From NCBI GenBank assembly GCA_964401485.1, contig CAYNYL010000001.1, positions 67,834 through 131,833 of the forward strand: a stretch of DNA of 64,000 bases, written 5' to 3'. The notes beneath the pieces were generated by a model. The model searched no databases. It had not been told where the DNA came from and worked only from the letters and a program-made list of their open reading frames with translations. Position numbers and translations under genes: made by a program. The stretch is from an uncultured Gammaproteobacteria bacterium (GTDB lineage Bacteria; Patescibacteriota; Patescibacteriia; UBA9934). This document shows, piece after piece, positions 1 through 7,332 of the stretch (position 1 is the first letter of the stretch; each line of letters starts with the position of its first letter).

Positions 1-282
1 GATGGCGAGTTTTTTGTTTGCGGCGTCGAGGAGGTCGATGCCGAAGTCGTGCGACATGAGCACGACCCAGTAAAGCACGTCGGCAAGCTCCTCGCCGATC
101 GCCTCGCGCTTTGCTTCGACATGCGCGTTAAGCTCCCCTTCCTTCTTCCACTGAAACAGCTCGAGCGTTTCGGTCGCTTCAAGGACAAGCGACAACGCCA
201 TGTCCTTCGGGTTGTGGAACTGCTTCCAATCCCGCGCTTCCCGTATCGCAAGGACTTTCTCTCTATATTCGTCGAGGGTCAT
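1..282 (-). CDS. MazG-like nucleotide pyrophosphohydrolase; 5' part only, the 3' end runs off the window
   Basis: Minus-strand translation from the ATG at 282..280 reads MTLDEYREKVLAIREARDWKQFHNPKDMALSLVLEATETLELFQWKKEGELNAHVEAKREAIGEELADVLYWVV, which matches the MazG/YpjD EExxD motif region. The ORF continues to position 1. Confidence 0.55.
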   Translation of the reverse strand, partial: MTLDEYREKVLAIREARDWKQFHNPKDMALSLVLEATETLELFQWKKEGELNAHVEAKREAIGEELADVLYWVVLMSHDFGIDLLDAANKKLAI

Positions 283-283
283 A

Positions 284-721
284 CTAATTTCCTGCCGATA
301 GAATCAAGGCAAACAGAATGAAGAAGACAAGGTAGTATCCCGACTGGATCCCGAAGCGCATCCAAGCGATTCGCCGGGAATCATTCGTCCACATACTGTT
401 TCCGGCAAGAACGGGAACGACAAGCGCAAGCCAAACGAGAACGGCGAGATACACCGAGAGAAGCGTGTCGCTCGCGGGCGTGACAACCTGATTAAATAGC
501 ACCGCTTGAAAGAGCGCGAGAACGAAGGCAACGCCGTAAAGAGGCATCGCCTTTTTTTGCATCTGTGCCCGCTTTTCCGGGGTCATGCCCTTTACCCCAA
601 TAATCTCCTCCCACTGCTTTGAGAAGAGGACGCCGTACCAAACCGTCCCGAGAACCATAGACGCAACCGCGCAGGCAAGGACCGCAAGTAGATTGATTTC
701 CATATAGATCCATCCTAGCAC
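284..721 (-). CDS. small integral membrane protein, DUF1761-like
   Basis: The 145-aa ORF has several hydrophobic helices. A likely internal start, MEINLL, lies at 703. Confidence 0.45.
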   Translation of the reverse strand: MLGWIYMEINLLAVLACAVASMVLGTVWYGVLFSKQWEEIIGVKGMTPEKRAQMQKKAMPLYGVAFVLALFQAVLFNQVVTPASDTLLSVYLAVLVWLALVVPVLAGNSMWTNDSRRIAWMRFGIQSGYYLVFFILFALILSAGN

Positions 722-768
722 ACTTGATTTTTCTGCAAAAACCGGCTACTTTTGGTCCGGAGGTGAGC

Positions 769-1143
769 ATGGCTTTAACGCCTTTGTCTTGCACGATTGT
801 CTGCGATCGCAAAGACACCGAACGGAGGGTGCGCTTGACGCTCAACAAGCGCACGTGCACCGCTTACCTCGAGTCGAGCCTCTACTCGAAGGACGAGGGG
901 CATCTCGGGTCCCAAACGACCGTCTGCACCTTCGCCGAGCTCGCCCTCGCGCTTGCGTCGGCGATCCCCTGCGGAGAAGGAGCGAACGAGCACTTGATCC
1001 AACTCGAAGAATGCGCGTCGACGCGCTCCCGGAAGCGGGCGCGAACGAAGAAGCTCTCGGAGTGGAAGTCGTTCCCAACCGAGTGGATCCGTCGCGTCGA
1101 GGACGCGCTCGGAGTCTACGTCGAAGAGTCCGTCGCGGCGTAA
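769..1143 (+). CDS. hypothetical Cys-containing protein in a GC-rich island
   Basis: The ATG is at 769 and GGAGGTG sits 2-10 nt upstream. Composition is balanced. The overlapping minus ORF 775..1449 is R/S/L-rich, as expected of antisense. Local GC is about 60%, against about 48% for the core. Confidence 0.4.
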   Translation: MALTPLSCTIVCDRKDTERRVRLTLNKRTCTAYLESSLYSKDEGHLGSQTTVCTFAELALALASAIPCGEGANEHLIQLEECASTRSRKRARTKKLSEWKSFPTEWIRRVEDALGVYVEESVAA

Positions 1144-1192
1144 CCGTGACTCCTCCCCGTCTCCCCCGCCAGCCTCACCGCTGGCGGATTTT

Positions 1193-1633
1193 TTATGTGA
1201 TGTTGAAGCACCAAAGAATGAGCCCGCCCCACCACCCAATAATCGAAATACAGAAGCTGATCGTCGTAACAAATTTCCAAGTTGCGGGAAGGAGCTCGCT
1301 CGCCCGACCTTCGCGCTCTCGTTTAAGAAGGCGCGGACTGAGCCAAAAACTGAGCCACGAACCGTTAAGAACGAGGACGACCGCGATGACTGCGTGAACC
1401 TGAACGACGCCAACAAACGGCTCTCCAAGATAGATCCAAGCACTCGCAAGAATCACAAGAATCATTCCGATCCAAATAAGGGGCTTCGTTACCCGGTGCG
1501 CGCGAATCGTCGCTTCGGTAAAATAGGGCGAACGCTGACCGAGAAATCCAAGGGTCTCGATAACGCTAACGGCACCAAGTCCAATAATGAACCCGGCGAA
1601 GAGAAGAAAAAGCTGGGCGGTAGTAATCTCCAT
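1193..1633 (-). CDS. hypothetical polytopic membrane protein
   Basis: The 146-aa ORF has four predicted transmembrane helices. No named family was recognised. Confidence 0.45.
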   Translation of the reverse strand: MEITTAQLFLLFAGFIIGLGAVSVIETLGFLGQRSPYFTEATIRAHRVTKPLIWIGMILVILASAWIYLGEPFVGVVQVHAVIAVVLVLNGSWLSFWLSPRLLKREREGRASELLPATWKFVTTISFCISIIGWWGGLILWCFNIT

Positions 1634-1695
1634 ATCCCTTAGTATAGCGCACTTGCTATTCCCTGGCTCTCCGATAAGCTAGGAAGGGGGTGCCC

Positions 1696-2040
1696 ATGTC
1701 AAACGAGGATATGATCCGTCTTTGGCAGGATTGCCACCAATTGCGTACGAGTTCAGGACTCCTCACCTGCTACTTGCAACTCAGGGTCGACCTTGCGGGT
1801 CGGCGGGTTGAGATCACAAACGACTCCTATCTCGCCGAAACCCGAATCCTCTTCTTCCGGATCGACACGGCCCTCGAAAACGTACTCGAGGCGATGAAGC
1901 GCCGGGAAACCGCGAGATTCAACCACTCCTTCCTTGACGTGCCCGTCGAATCGCAAGCCGGGTCTCGTCTCTGGCTCATGGTGTGTAGCGACTGGCTCGA
2001 CGAGCTAGAAGCCTTCGTCGCAACCCACCGCGCCCCGTAG
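1696..2040 (+). CDS. hypothetical protein P1, first gene of the orphan trio
   Basis: ATG at 1696 with an AGGAAGGGGG RBS at 1681-1690. The reading frame is closed immediately by the terminator at 2041. Confidence 0.5.
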   Translation: MSNEDMIRLWQDCHQLRTSSGLLTCYLQLRVDLAGRRVEITNDSYLAETRILFFRIDTALENVLEAMKRRETARFNHSFLDVPVESQAGSRLWLMVCSDWLDELEAFVATHRAP

Positions 2041-2080
2041 CCCCGCGGCTCTCTCGAGCTTGCGGGGCGTCGCTTTTTCT
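2041..2080 (+). terminator. intrinsic terminator, copy A, and 5' part of the duplicated cassette
   Basis: A CCCCGCGG...CTTGCGGGG stem is followed by CGTCGCTTTTTCTC. Confidence 0.6.
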
Positions 2081-2087
2081 CTAGACC

Positions 2088-2136
2088 TTGCCAAAACCCG
2101 GGTAAAATGCTAAAAATTCATGTCGCTTGAAGGAGG
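2088..2136 (+). promoter_or_regulatory. sigma70-like promoter plus RBS of P2, cassette copy A
   Basis: TTGCCA at 2088-2093, a 17-nt spacer, then TGcTAAAAA as an extended -10 at 2108-2116. AGGAGG at 2131-2136 lies 9 nt before the ATG at 2146. Confidence 0.5.
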
Positions 2137-2145
2137 CGACTACCA

Positions 2146-2826
2146 ATGTTCAACCCGCCCTTTTTCTACACGCTGATCCGGTTTCCGGAGTTTGAGATCG
2201 CAATCGCTGGCGACAACACCGTCCAAGTTCGCGCATCCGGTAACGCCGGGGGAGGACTGCGGATCGAGTGGACGGACCATTTGCAACGATTTTCGAACGC
2301 ACTCCGTACCGCCGTTCGACTACAGGATATAGGTCGCTACTCGATCGGCCTCCCGAGCAACTTGAAGTGGGCGGTCGATAACGGCGATCGCTTCGGGGAG
2401 GAGCGCTGGGCCGGCCTACCTCCCATTTTCTCCCTTACCCCAACGGACGATGAGTACACGGAGATCAACAAGCTCTTCGGCGAGTCGCTCAATAGTTATA
2501 ACCGCTTCGGTACCCAAGAACCGGTCGGCGCGATCGGAATTGCCTCTTGTAGGAAGTTCGATCTGGTCGCGGTCTTCGAGGACTGCCACGAAGAATCCGG
2601 TCACATTCGTACGGATTGGATCGGCCCACGCTCAGTGTTTGCCGATTCCGCGAAGAACTCTCCCGAGGACGATCCCAAAAACAGGTTGGTCGTCATTCTC
2701 CCCAATGGCCGAACGATCGCTCCCGACGGCGTCGGTGAAGACACCTGCCCGAAAACGACGATAGGACCGGTCGCCTTTCGATTCAGGGAAGATCGGTTAG
2801 GTTCGCTGACGAAGTACCTGATCTAG
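2146..2826 (+). CDS. hypothetical protein P2, paralog of P3
   Basis: 226 aa. The N-terminus FEIAIAGDNTVQVRASGNAGGGLRIEW aligns with P3 FGISAKNRFQVRCEEEAGAGVRWEW. A shared (D/R)WIGP motif is also present. Confidence 0.55.
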   Translation: MFNPPFFYTLIRFPEFEIAIAGDNTVQVRASGNAGGGLRIEWTDHLQRFSNALRTAVRLQDIGRYSIGLPSNLKWAVDNGDRFGEERWAGLPPIFSLTPTDDEYTEINKLFGESLNSYNRFGTQEPVGAIGIASCRKFDLVAVFEDCHEESGHIRTDWIGPRSVFADSAKNSPEDDPKNRLVVILPNGRTIAPDGVGEDTCPKTTIGPVAFRFREDRLGSLTKYLI

Positions 2827-2860
2827 CTGAACGCTGGCGCATTCCCGCTTTCGCCCCCTG

Positions 2861-2967
2861 CCCCGCGGCTCTCTCGAGCTTGCGGGGCGTCGCTTTTTCT
2901 CTAGACCTTGCCAAAACCTCGGTAAAATGCTAAAAATCCTTGTCGCTTTAGGAGGCGACTACCAATG
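2861..2967 (+). repeat. cassette copy B: terminator, promoter, RBS and ATG, near-identical to 2041..2148
   Basis: The 107-bp segment differs from copy A at only about 6 positions. It has the same CCCCGCGG hairpin, TTGCCA at 2908-2913, TAAAAA at 2931-2936, AGGAGG at 2951-2956 and the ATG at 2965. Confidence 0.7.
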
Positions 2968-3615
2968 TACGAGCTCTTTTTTCACTTTATCGTCAAGCCC
3001 GGAATCACCTTCGGCATCTCTGCGAAGAACCGTTTTCAAGTCAGGTGTGAAGAAGAGGCTGGAGCGGGAGTGCGATGGGAGTGGCGCGGAAGTTTGGAAG
3101 AACTCGCAAGCGCGATCAAAGACTCAAAGACACTCGACGAGTCCATGCCGATCGCCTACCACTTCTGGAACAGCGTTGTCCTTAACGAAGGCGAATCCAC
3201 CTTCGAAGACTCCCTCGAAGACTGGTCGAACAGGCCAAAGGCGATCGCTACGACCGTCTTTCTCGAAGACCCGGAGGAGAACCGTGATCTCGACGCCACG
3301 CTCCGACGATTCCTCGAGAGTCGACCGACGTTCGCCAAGGTGGACCATGCGGATGGCTCCGTGTACATATGCGAAGAGCTCCGTCTCATCCAGATCGACG
3401 GTGTGGTCAAAGATCATCTCGGCTTCGTCGTTCACCGCTGGATCGGTCCGATCAAGACCATCCTCGATCAAATCAACCCGATCGAAACAGAGAGAATTCT
3501 CTTGGGCTGGTACGGCCTTAACCTCGCCGACATGCGCGACCCAACGACATCCCTCAAGTTCGAGATCACGATGGACCGCGTCGAGCACCTACTCCTTGTC
3601 CTTCGCTCAGCCTAG
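2965..3615 (+). CDS. hypothetical protein P3, paralog of P2
   Basis: 216 aa with its own copy of the cassette upstream. It is followed by the terminator at 3629-3666. Confidence 0.55.
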   Translation: MYELFFHFIVKPGITFGISAKNRFQVRCEEEAGAGVRWEWRGSLEELASAIKDSKTLDESMPIAYHFWNSVVLNEGESTFEDSLEDWSNRPKAIATTVFLEDPEENRDLDATLRRFLESRPTFAKVDHADGSVYICEELRLIQIDGVVKDHLGFVVHRWIGPIKTILDQINPIETERILLGWYGLNLADMRDPTTSLKFEITMDRVEHLLLVLRSA

Positions 3616-3628
3616 CGACCAAGCCCCT

Positions 3629-3666
3629 CCCCGCCCTCTTTCAAGTCGGCGGGGTTTCCCTTTTCC
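3629..3666 (+). terminator. intrinsic terminator after P3
   Basis: A CCCCGCC...GGCGGGG stem followed by TTTCCCTTTTCC. Confidence 0.55.
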
Positions 3667-3695
3667 GTTGACCAAACCGCCCTCCCCTGCTATAC
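3667..3695 (+). promoter_or_regulatory. sigma70-like promoter for the tRNA pair
   Basis: TTGACC at 3667-3672, a 17-nt spacer, TATACT at 3690-3695. The tRNA begins 13 nt downstream. Confidence 0.55.
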
Positions 3696-3707
3696 TGCCC
3701 CCACAAA

Positions 3708-3794
3708 TGCCGTGGTGGCGGAATGGTATACGCGACGGACTCAAAATCCGTTTCCCTAACAGGATTGAGGGTTCGAGTCCCTCCCACGGTACCA
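3708..3794 (+). tRNA. tRNA-Leu, anticodon CAA, with encoded CCA
   Basis: The acceptor stem is GCCGUGG, the anticodon loop CUCAAAA, and there is a long variable arm. It ends ...CCCACGGUACCA. Confidence 0.85.
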
Positions 3795-3798
3795 AAAT

Positions 3799-3875
3799 GG
3801 CTGGGTAGCTCAGTTGGTTAGAGCGAGGGACTCATAAGCCCTAGGTCGTGGGTTCGATTCCCACCCCCGCCACCA
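3799..3875 (+). tRNA. tRNA-Met or tRNA-Ile2, anticodon CAU, with encoded CCA
   Basis: GGCUGGGUAGCUCAGUUGGUUAGAGC, anticodon loop CUCAUAA, T-arm GGUUCGAUUCC, then CCA. Confidence 0.85.
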
Positions 3876-3949
3876 AAAAGTCGTCCTTTTACAGGGCGAT
3901 TTTTTGTTTATTTTTTAGCTGATTTTAGCCTTTTTTAATCATTTTGCCC

Positions 3950-3978
3950 TTGACATTTTCCAAAAAATATGGTATGGT
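3950..3978 (+). promoter_or_regulatory. strong sigma70-like promoter driving the non-coding transcript
   Basis: TTGACA at 3950-3955, a 17-nt spacer, TATGGT at 3973-3978, with TAATAC as an alternative -10. The region has an AT-rich UP-like upstream stretch. Confidence 0.5.
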
Positions 3979-3984
3979 AATACT

Positions 3985-4497
3985 TCGTTGGAACAGTGCC
4001 TAATGCCCTGTAAACTAACGAAATCCGGAAACGTCGGAGGTACAATGTACCAGAAGCCGTTCCTCTAATAGGGTCAAAGCCCTTCCCTTCCTGCCGGGGG
4101 CTCATCTCGTCGGCAGGCGTGATCGCTTGGATCATGGTATCAACTCAACCAAGCCTCCTTGACCAGGAGTAAATCGGTCGGAGCATTCATGCTCGATCAA
4201 TAAAAACCTTCCTCCTCGCGGATACGGCGAGAATCGGAAGGGCTACATACACAGTATCCGGGGGTTACACTACCTCGACAACTCGAGCTCGGCTGGGTAA
4301 AGAACGGCGCTAATTGCGGGCCTAGTACTTACACGAAGAGTGAACCTGGTGACAGGTGAATCGAGACGTCGACCTCGTCAGGGTCGAACTAAACGGTTAC
4401 GTGCCGATTTCGTCTGAAGTCGGTTCGTCCAGAACGCCCGATCTACTCGGGCTTTGTGAACGCCAAACGACTCGCCTTTACGGCGGGTCTTTTGTTT
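3985..4497 (+). ncRNA. unassigned structured RNA of about 510 nt; a divergent RNase P RNA is possible
   Basis: Only one short alt-start ORF crosses this stretch in any frame. It is bounded by the promoter above and by a terminator, GACTCGCC..GGCGGGTC followed by TTTTGTTT, at 4469-4497. GAAAUCCGG near 4018 and ACAGUAUCCGGGGGUUA at 4251-4267 resemble the two P4 strands of RNase P RNA. Confidence 0.35.
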
Positions 4498-4622
4498 ATA
4501 TGAACCCGAGTTTCCTCCCTTCAACCATGCGATCACAGATACTTCCCAAAATATGAGGACAGGTAGGCATTTTTAAAACCAGCTTGTGATCGGACCCCCT
4601 ATTTCGCGGGACAGACGCCCTC

Positions 4623-5114
4623 CTATAAAACGAACCGTCCAGAAATCGTAAGAAACGTAACGATGGCTCCTGAACACAAGAGTCCAAAAAGAATACCCGC
4701 AAACGCTTGCCGCACTGGAATTTTTAGCGCAACAGCCGCGAGTGTCGCGGTATAAAGTCCCGTTAAAGGAAGTGGGATCCCAACAAAAACCGCAAGGGCC
4801 CAAGCCCCATACCGAGCAAAATGGCCCGATACTTTTCGCTCTGCCCGTAGGACAAGGTGGTCAAGAAACCGAACACTCCACGGCGCGACCTTCTCAAGAA
4901 TTTTGCGAAACGTTGCGAGCCCAAAATATAGTGGAAAAAATGGAATCAGATTACCAAGAATCGCAAGACAAAATACCGTAACAGGGCCCATGTTCCAATG
5001 AAGAATCCCAACAGGAATTGCAAGACGAAGTTCCCCAATAGGAACAGCACCAAGAAGAATGACCGCGAGTTCGCGAGGCACACCCTCAAGCGCTAAAACA
5101 ATTGCCTCTTTCAT
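4623..5114 (-). CDS. putative small multidrug-export membrane protein (Sm_multidrug_ex / COG2426-like)
   Basis: MKEAIVLALEGVPRELAVILLGAVPIGELRLAIPVGI matches the family N-terminus. Four transmembrane segments are predicted. Confidence 0.5.
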   Translation of the reverse strand: MKEAIVLALEGVPRELAVILLGAVPIGELRLAIPVGILHWNMGPVTVFCLAILGNLIPFFPLYFGLATFRKILEKVAPWSVRFLDHLVLRAERKVSGHFARYGAWALAVFVGIPLPLTGLYTATLAAVALKIPVRQAFAGILFGLLCSGAIVTFLTISGRFVL

Positions 5115-5115
5115 A

Positions 5116-6075
5116 TTATTCCCAAGAAAACACATCAAACACCCACTCCGCAAGCGCTTTTACGTCCGTCTCACGATCCGTCTTTGTTTCCGCCCCAAGC
5201 GCCGCAATATAGACCTTGTGCCCGTCCTTCTCAACGGCGCTCGTAAGAACATAGCCCGCCTGCGGAAGATACCCTGTCTTCCCCGCTGTAATCGCAAATG
5301 GAGGCTCCGCAAGATAACTCGCAAGAAGTTGATTCGTATTATCAACCGTAATCACCGCCCCGCTTCCCTGCCTGATGGTTGCCGTAGCAGTTGTCATCGC
5401 TTCTTGAAGCACGTCGTACGTTTCCGCCGTCCGCAAAAGTTTAATCATGTCGCGCGCCGTTGAGGTATTCTCGCTACGAATTCCGGTAGGATCAACAAAG
5501 GTTGTCGAGGTCATCCCGAGCTCCCGCGCCTTCTCGTTCATCTTCGCAACAAACGCCTCCTTTTCCATCCCAGAAAATCGCACGAGCGACTCCGTCGCCG
5601 TATTGTCCGATCCGACAATTGCCGTCGTAAACACGTCCGCAAGCTCCGTCTCGTCAAAATAGTTTAGGTAGAGTCGTCCTCCCCCAACGTAATCGTCGGG
5701 TGTGAGCGTCACCTCTTTTGTTAACTCAGGTTTTGCCTCTAAAAAGACGATCGCCGTCATGAGCTTTGTAACGCTCCCGATCGAGCGCACGTCGTCCGGA
5801 CGCCGTCCAATCATCATCATTTCCGTCACCCCATCCTCAACGATAATGCTTCTCGCAGAAGTAAAAACGCCGAGCGCCTCCTTCTTCACTTTCTTTGGGT
5901 ACGCTGGCGCAAATGGACCAAAAAGCGACGCAGGAACTCCCGTCCCTCGCTCTGGTAAAAAGGTCTCAACGGAAGCGGTTCGCGTATACGCCGACTCTAA
6001 ATCAGCAATATCTGTTTTCAGGTACTGCTTATAAAAGAGCGAGCTCGCAAGATCGTGGATTAGGGTGTCAAACAT
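5116..6075 (-). CDS. D-alanyl-D-alanine carboxypeptidase (serine-type; PBP5/class A beta-lactamase fold)
   Basis: SxxK (SVTK), SxN (SDN) and KTG motifs are present in the correct order. The start is at MFDTLIHD, adjacent to the scpB stop. Confidence 0.7.
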   Translation of the reverse strand: MFDTLIHDLASSLFYKQYLKTDIADLESAYTRTASVETFLPERGTGVPASLFGPFAPAYPKKVKKEALGVFTSARSIIVEDGVTEMMMIGRRPDDVRSIGSVTKLMTAIVFLEAKPELTKEVTLTPDDYVGGGRLYLNYFDETELADVFTTAIVGSDNTATESLVRFSGMEKEAFVAKMNEKARELGMTSTTFVDPTGIRSENTSTARDMIKLLRTAETYDVLQEAMTTATATIRQGSGAVITVDNTNQLLASYLAEPPFAITAGKTGYLPQAGYVLTSAVEKDGHKVYIAALGAETKTDRETDVKALAEWVFDVFSWE

Positions 6076-6076
6076 A

Positions 6077-6604
6077 TTACGAAGCCATGTCTTCAAGCAT
6101 CTTATCAATTTTTGCGTAAGAATGTAACTTTTCGTAGTCCGGCAATTCTTCAACGCGGGTCAGCCCAAGATATTTAAGTGTGTCGCTTGTAAGGCGATAG
6201 CGGGGCTCAAGATCCGTGTCATCTTCATCGATAAGTCCACGGATAAGAAGGTTGCGTAAAATAAGCGATGAATTGACGCCTCGAATCGTCTCGATTTCCG
6301 CCTTTCCGATCGGGCCTCGGTAGGCAATAATCGTCAGCGTTTCAAGTTGCGGTCGTGTAAGCGGGGCCTCTTCGGCCTTGCCCGTAAGCGACGCGAGAAC
6401 TTCGGAAGCCTCGGGCGCAGTCACGAGTTCAAGTGCGTCGTCGAGCTCCTGAAGCCGAATACCCGACCCCTCGCCAAACTTTTCTCGGAGCGAAGCAACA
6501 AGAGCTTCAAGTTCTTCACGAGAACAGGAAAGAAGTTTTTCGAGCTCGCGTTTTTTGACCGGTCGCCCAAGATGAAAGAGTACCGCCTCAAGAAGATGTG
6601 TCAT
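6077..6604 (-). CDS. scpB: segregation and condensation protein B
   Basis: 175 aa with winged-helix ScpB signature sequence. Overlaps scpA by 4 nt. Confidence 0.8.
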   Translation of the reverse strand: MTHLLEAVLFHLGRPVKKRELEKLLSCSREELEALVASLREKFGEGSGIRLQELDDALELVTAPEASEVLASLTGKAEEAPLTRPQLETLTIIAYRGPIGKAEIETIRGVNSSLILRNLLIRGLIDEDDTDLEPRYRLTSDTLKYLGLTRVEELPDYEKLHSYAKIDKMLEDMAS

Positions 6605-7290
6605 AGCGCTTGAATAAGAATATGTTGCTTAGAGTGTTGTTCAGCGATAACGACCTGCCTTCGGACAAGCTCGAGAAGCGCAAGGAAACTAACGACCACT
6701 TCCGCGCGACTTTTCGCTCCCCGCACAAGATCTTTAAAGGCAAATGATTTTCGCGCAAGGATCGCTCGCTCGAGCTCCTTCATCCGTACCTCAATCGAGA
6801 CAACTTTTTCCATGGTCGTTTCTTGCAACGCGAAAAATGGTTCGAGCCGTTTAATAATGGACAAAAAGAGCCGATGAAGATTTCCCGTCGTTACCGCGTC
6901 CGTTGGCGCAAACCGCACCGCCGTCTCCTTCTTTCGGACAATCTGCCTCGACCAAAGCACCCGCTTTCCAAAAAGCGCAACGATCTTTTCCGCCGTCTCG
7001 CGAAACATCGCGTAGAGCCGAAGTTGTTCCTCAAGACTCCCCTCCTCTTCTTCGACCGAAAGGTCCGGAAGAAGCTCGATGCTTTTAAGATGGATGAGGC
7101 GAGAAGCGGTCACGAGAAAATCCGCCATCTCCTCGGGAAGGATTTTCTGCCCCTCAACGTAGCGCAAAAAATCATCCGCGATCCGCGCAAGATTCACCTC
7201 GGTAATTTCGAGCTGTTTCTTCTTAAGGACATCAAGAAGAAGCGCAAGCGGCCCCTCAAACCGTTCCTGTTTAATCGCAAAAAGAGACAT
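6601..7290 (-). CDS. scpA: segregation and condensation protein A
   Basis: 229 aa kleisin. ScpA-ScpB is the conserved gene order. Confidence 0.8.
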   Translation of the reverse strand: MSLFAIKQERFEGPLALLLDVLKKKQLEITEVNLARIADDFLRYVEGQKILPEEMADFLVTASRLIHLKSIELLPDLSVEEEEGSLEEQLRLYAMFRETAEKIVALFGKRVLWSRQIVRKKETAVRFAPTDAVTTGNLHRLFLSIIKRLEPFFALQETTMEKVVSIEVRMKELERAILARKSFAFKDLVRGAKSRAEVVVSFLALLELVRRQVVIAEQHSKQHILIQAL

Positions 7291-7332
7291 GGCCCAAGTA
7301 TAGCAGAAAACGAGGCTTTCGCCCCGTTTTTC

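Noticed and set aside
775-1449. Long minus-strand ORF of 224 aa overlapping the 769..1143 gene
   Set aside because: It is extremely Arg/Ser/Leu-rich, which is typical of antisense translation of GC-rich coding DNA. The plus-strand ORF has balanced composition and an upstream GGAGGTG RBS.
3985-4497. tmRNA (ssrA) as the identity of the non-coding transcript
   Set aside because: There is no tRNA-like 3' end (T-arm GGUUCGAxUCC plus CCA). There is no GGGG 5' acceptor start. There is no plausible tag-peptide reading frame ending in ...ALAA.
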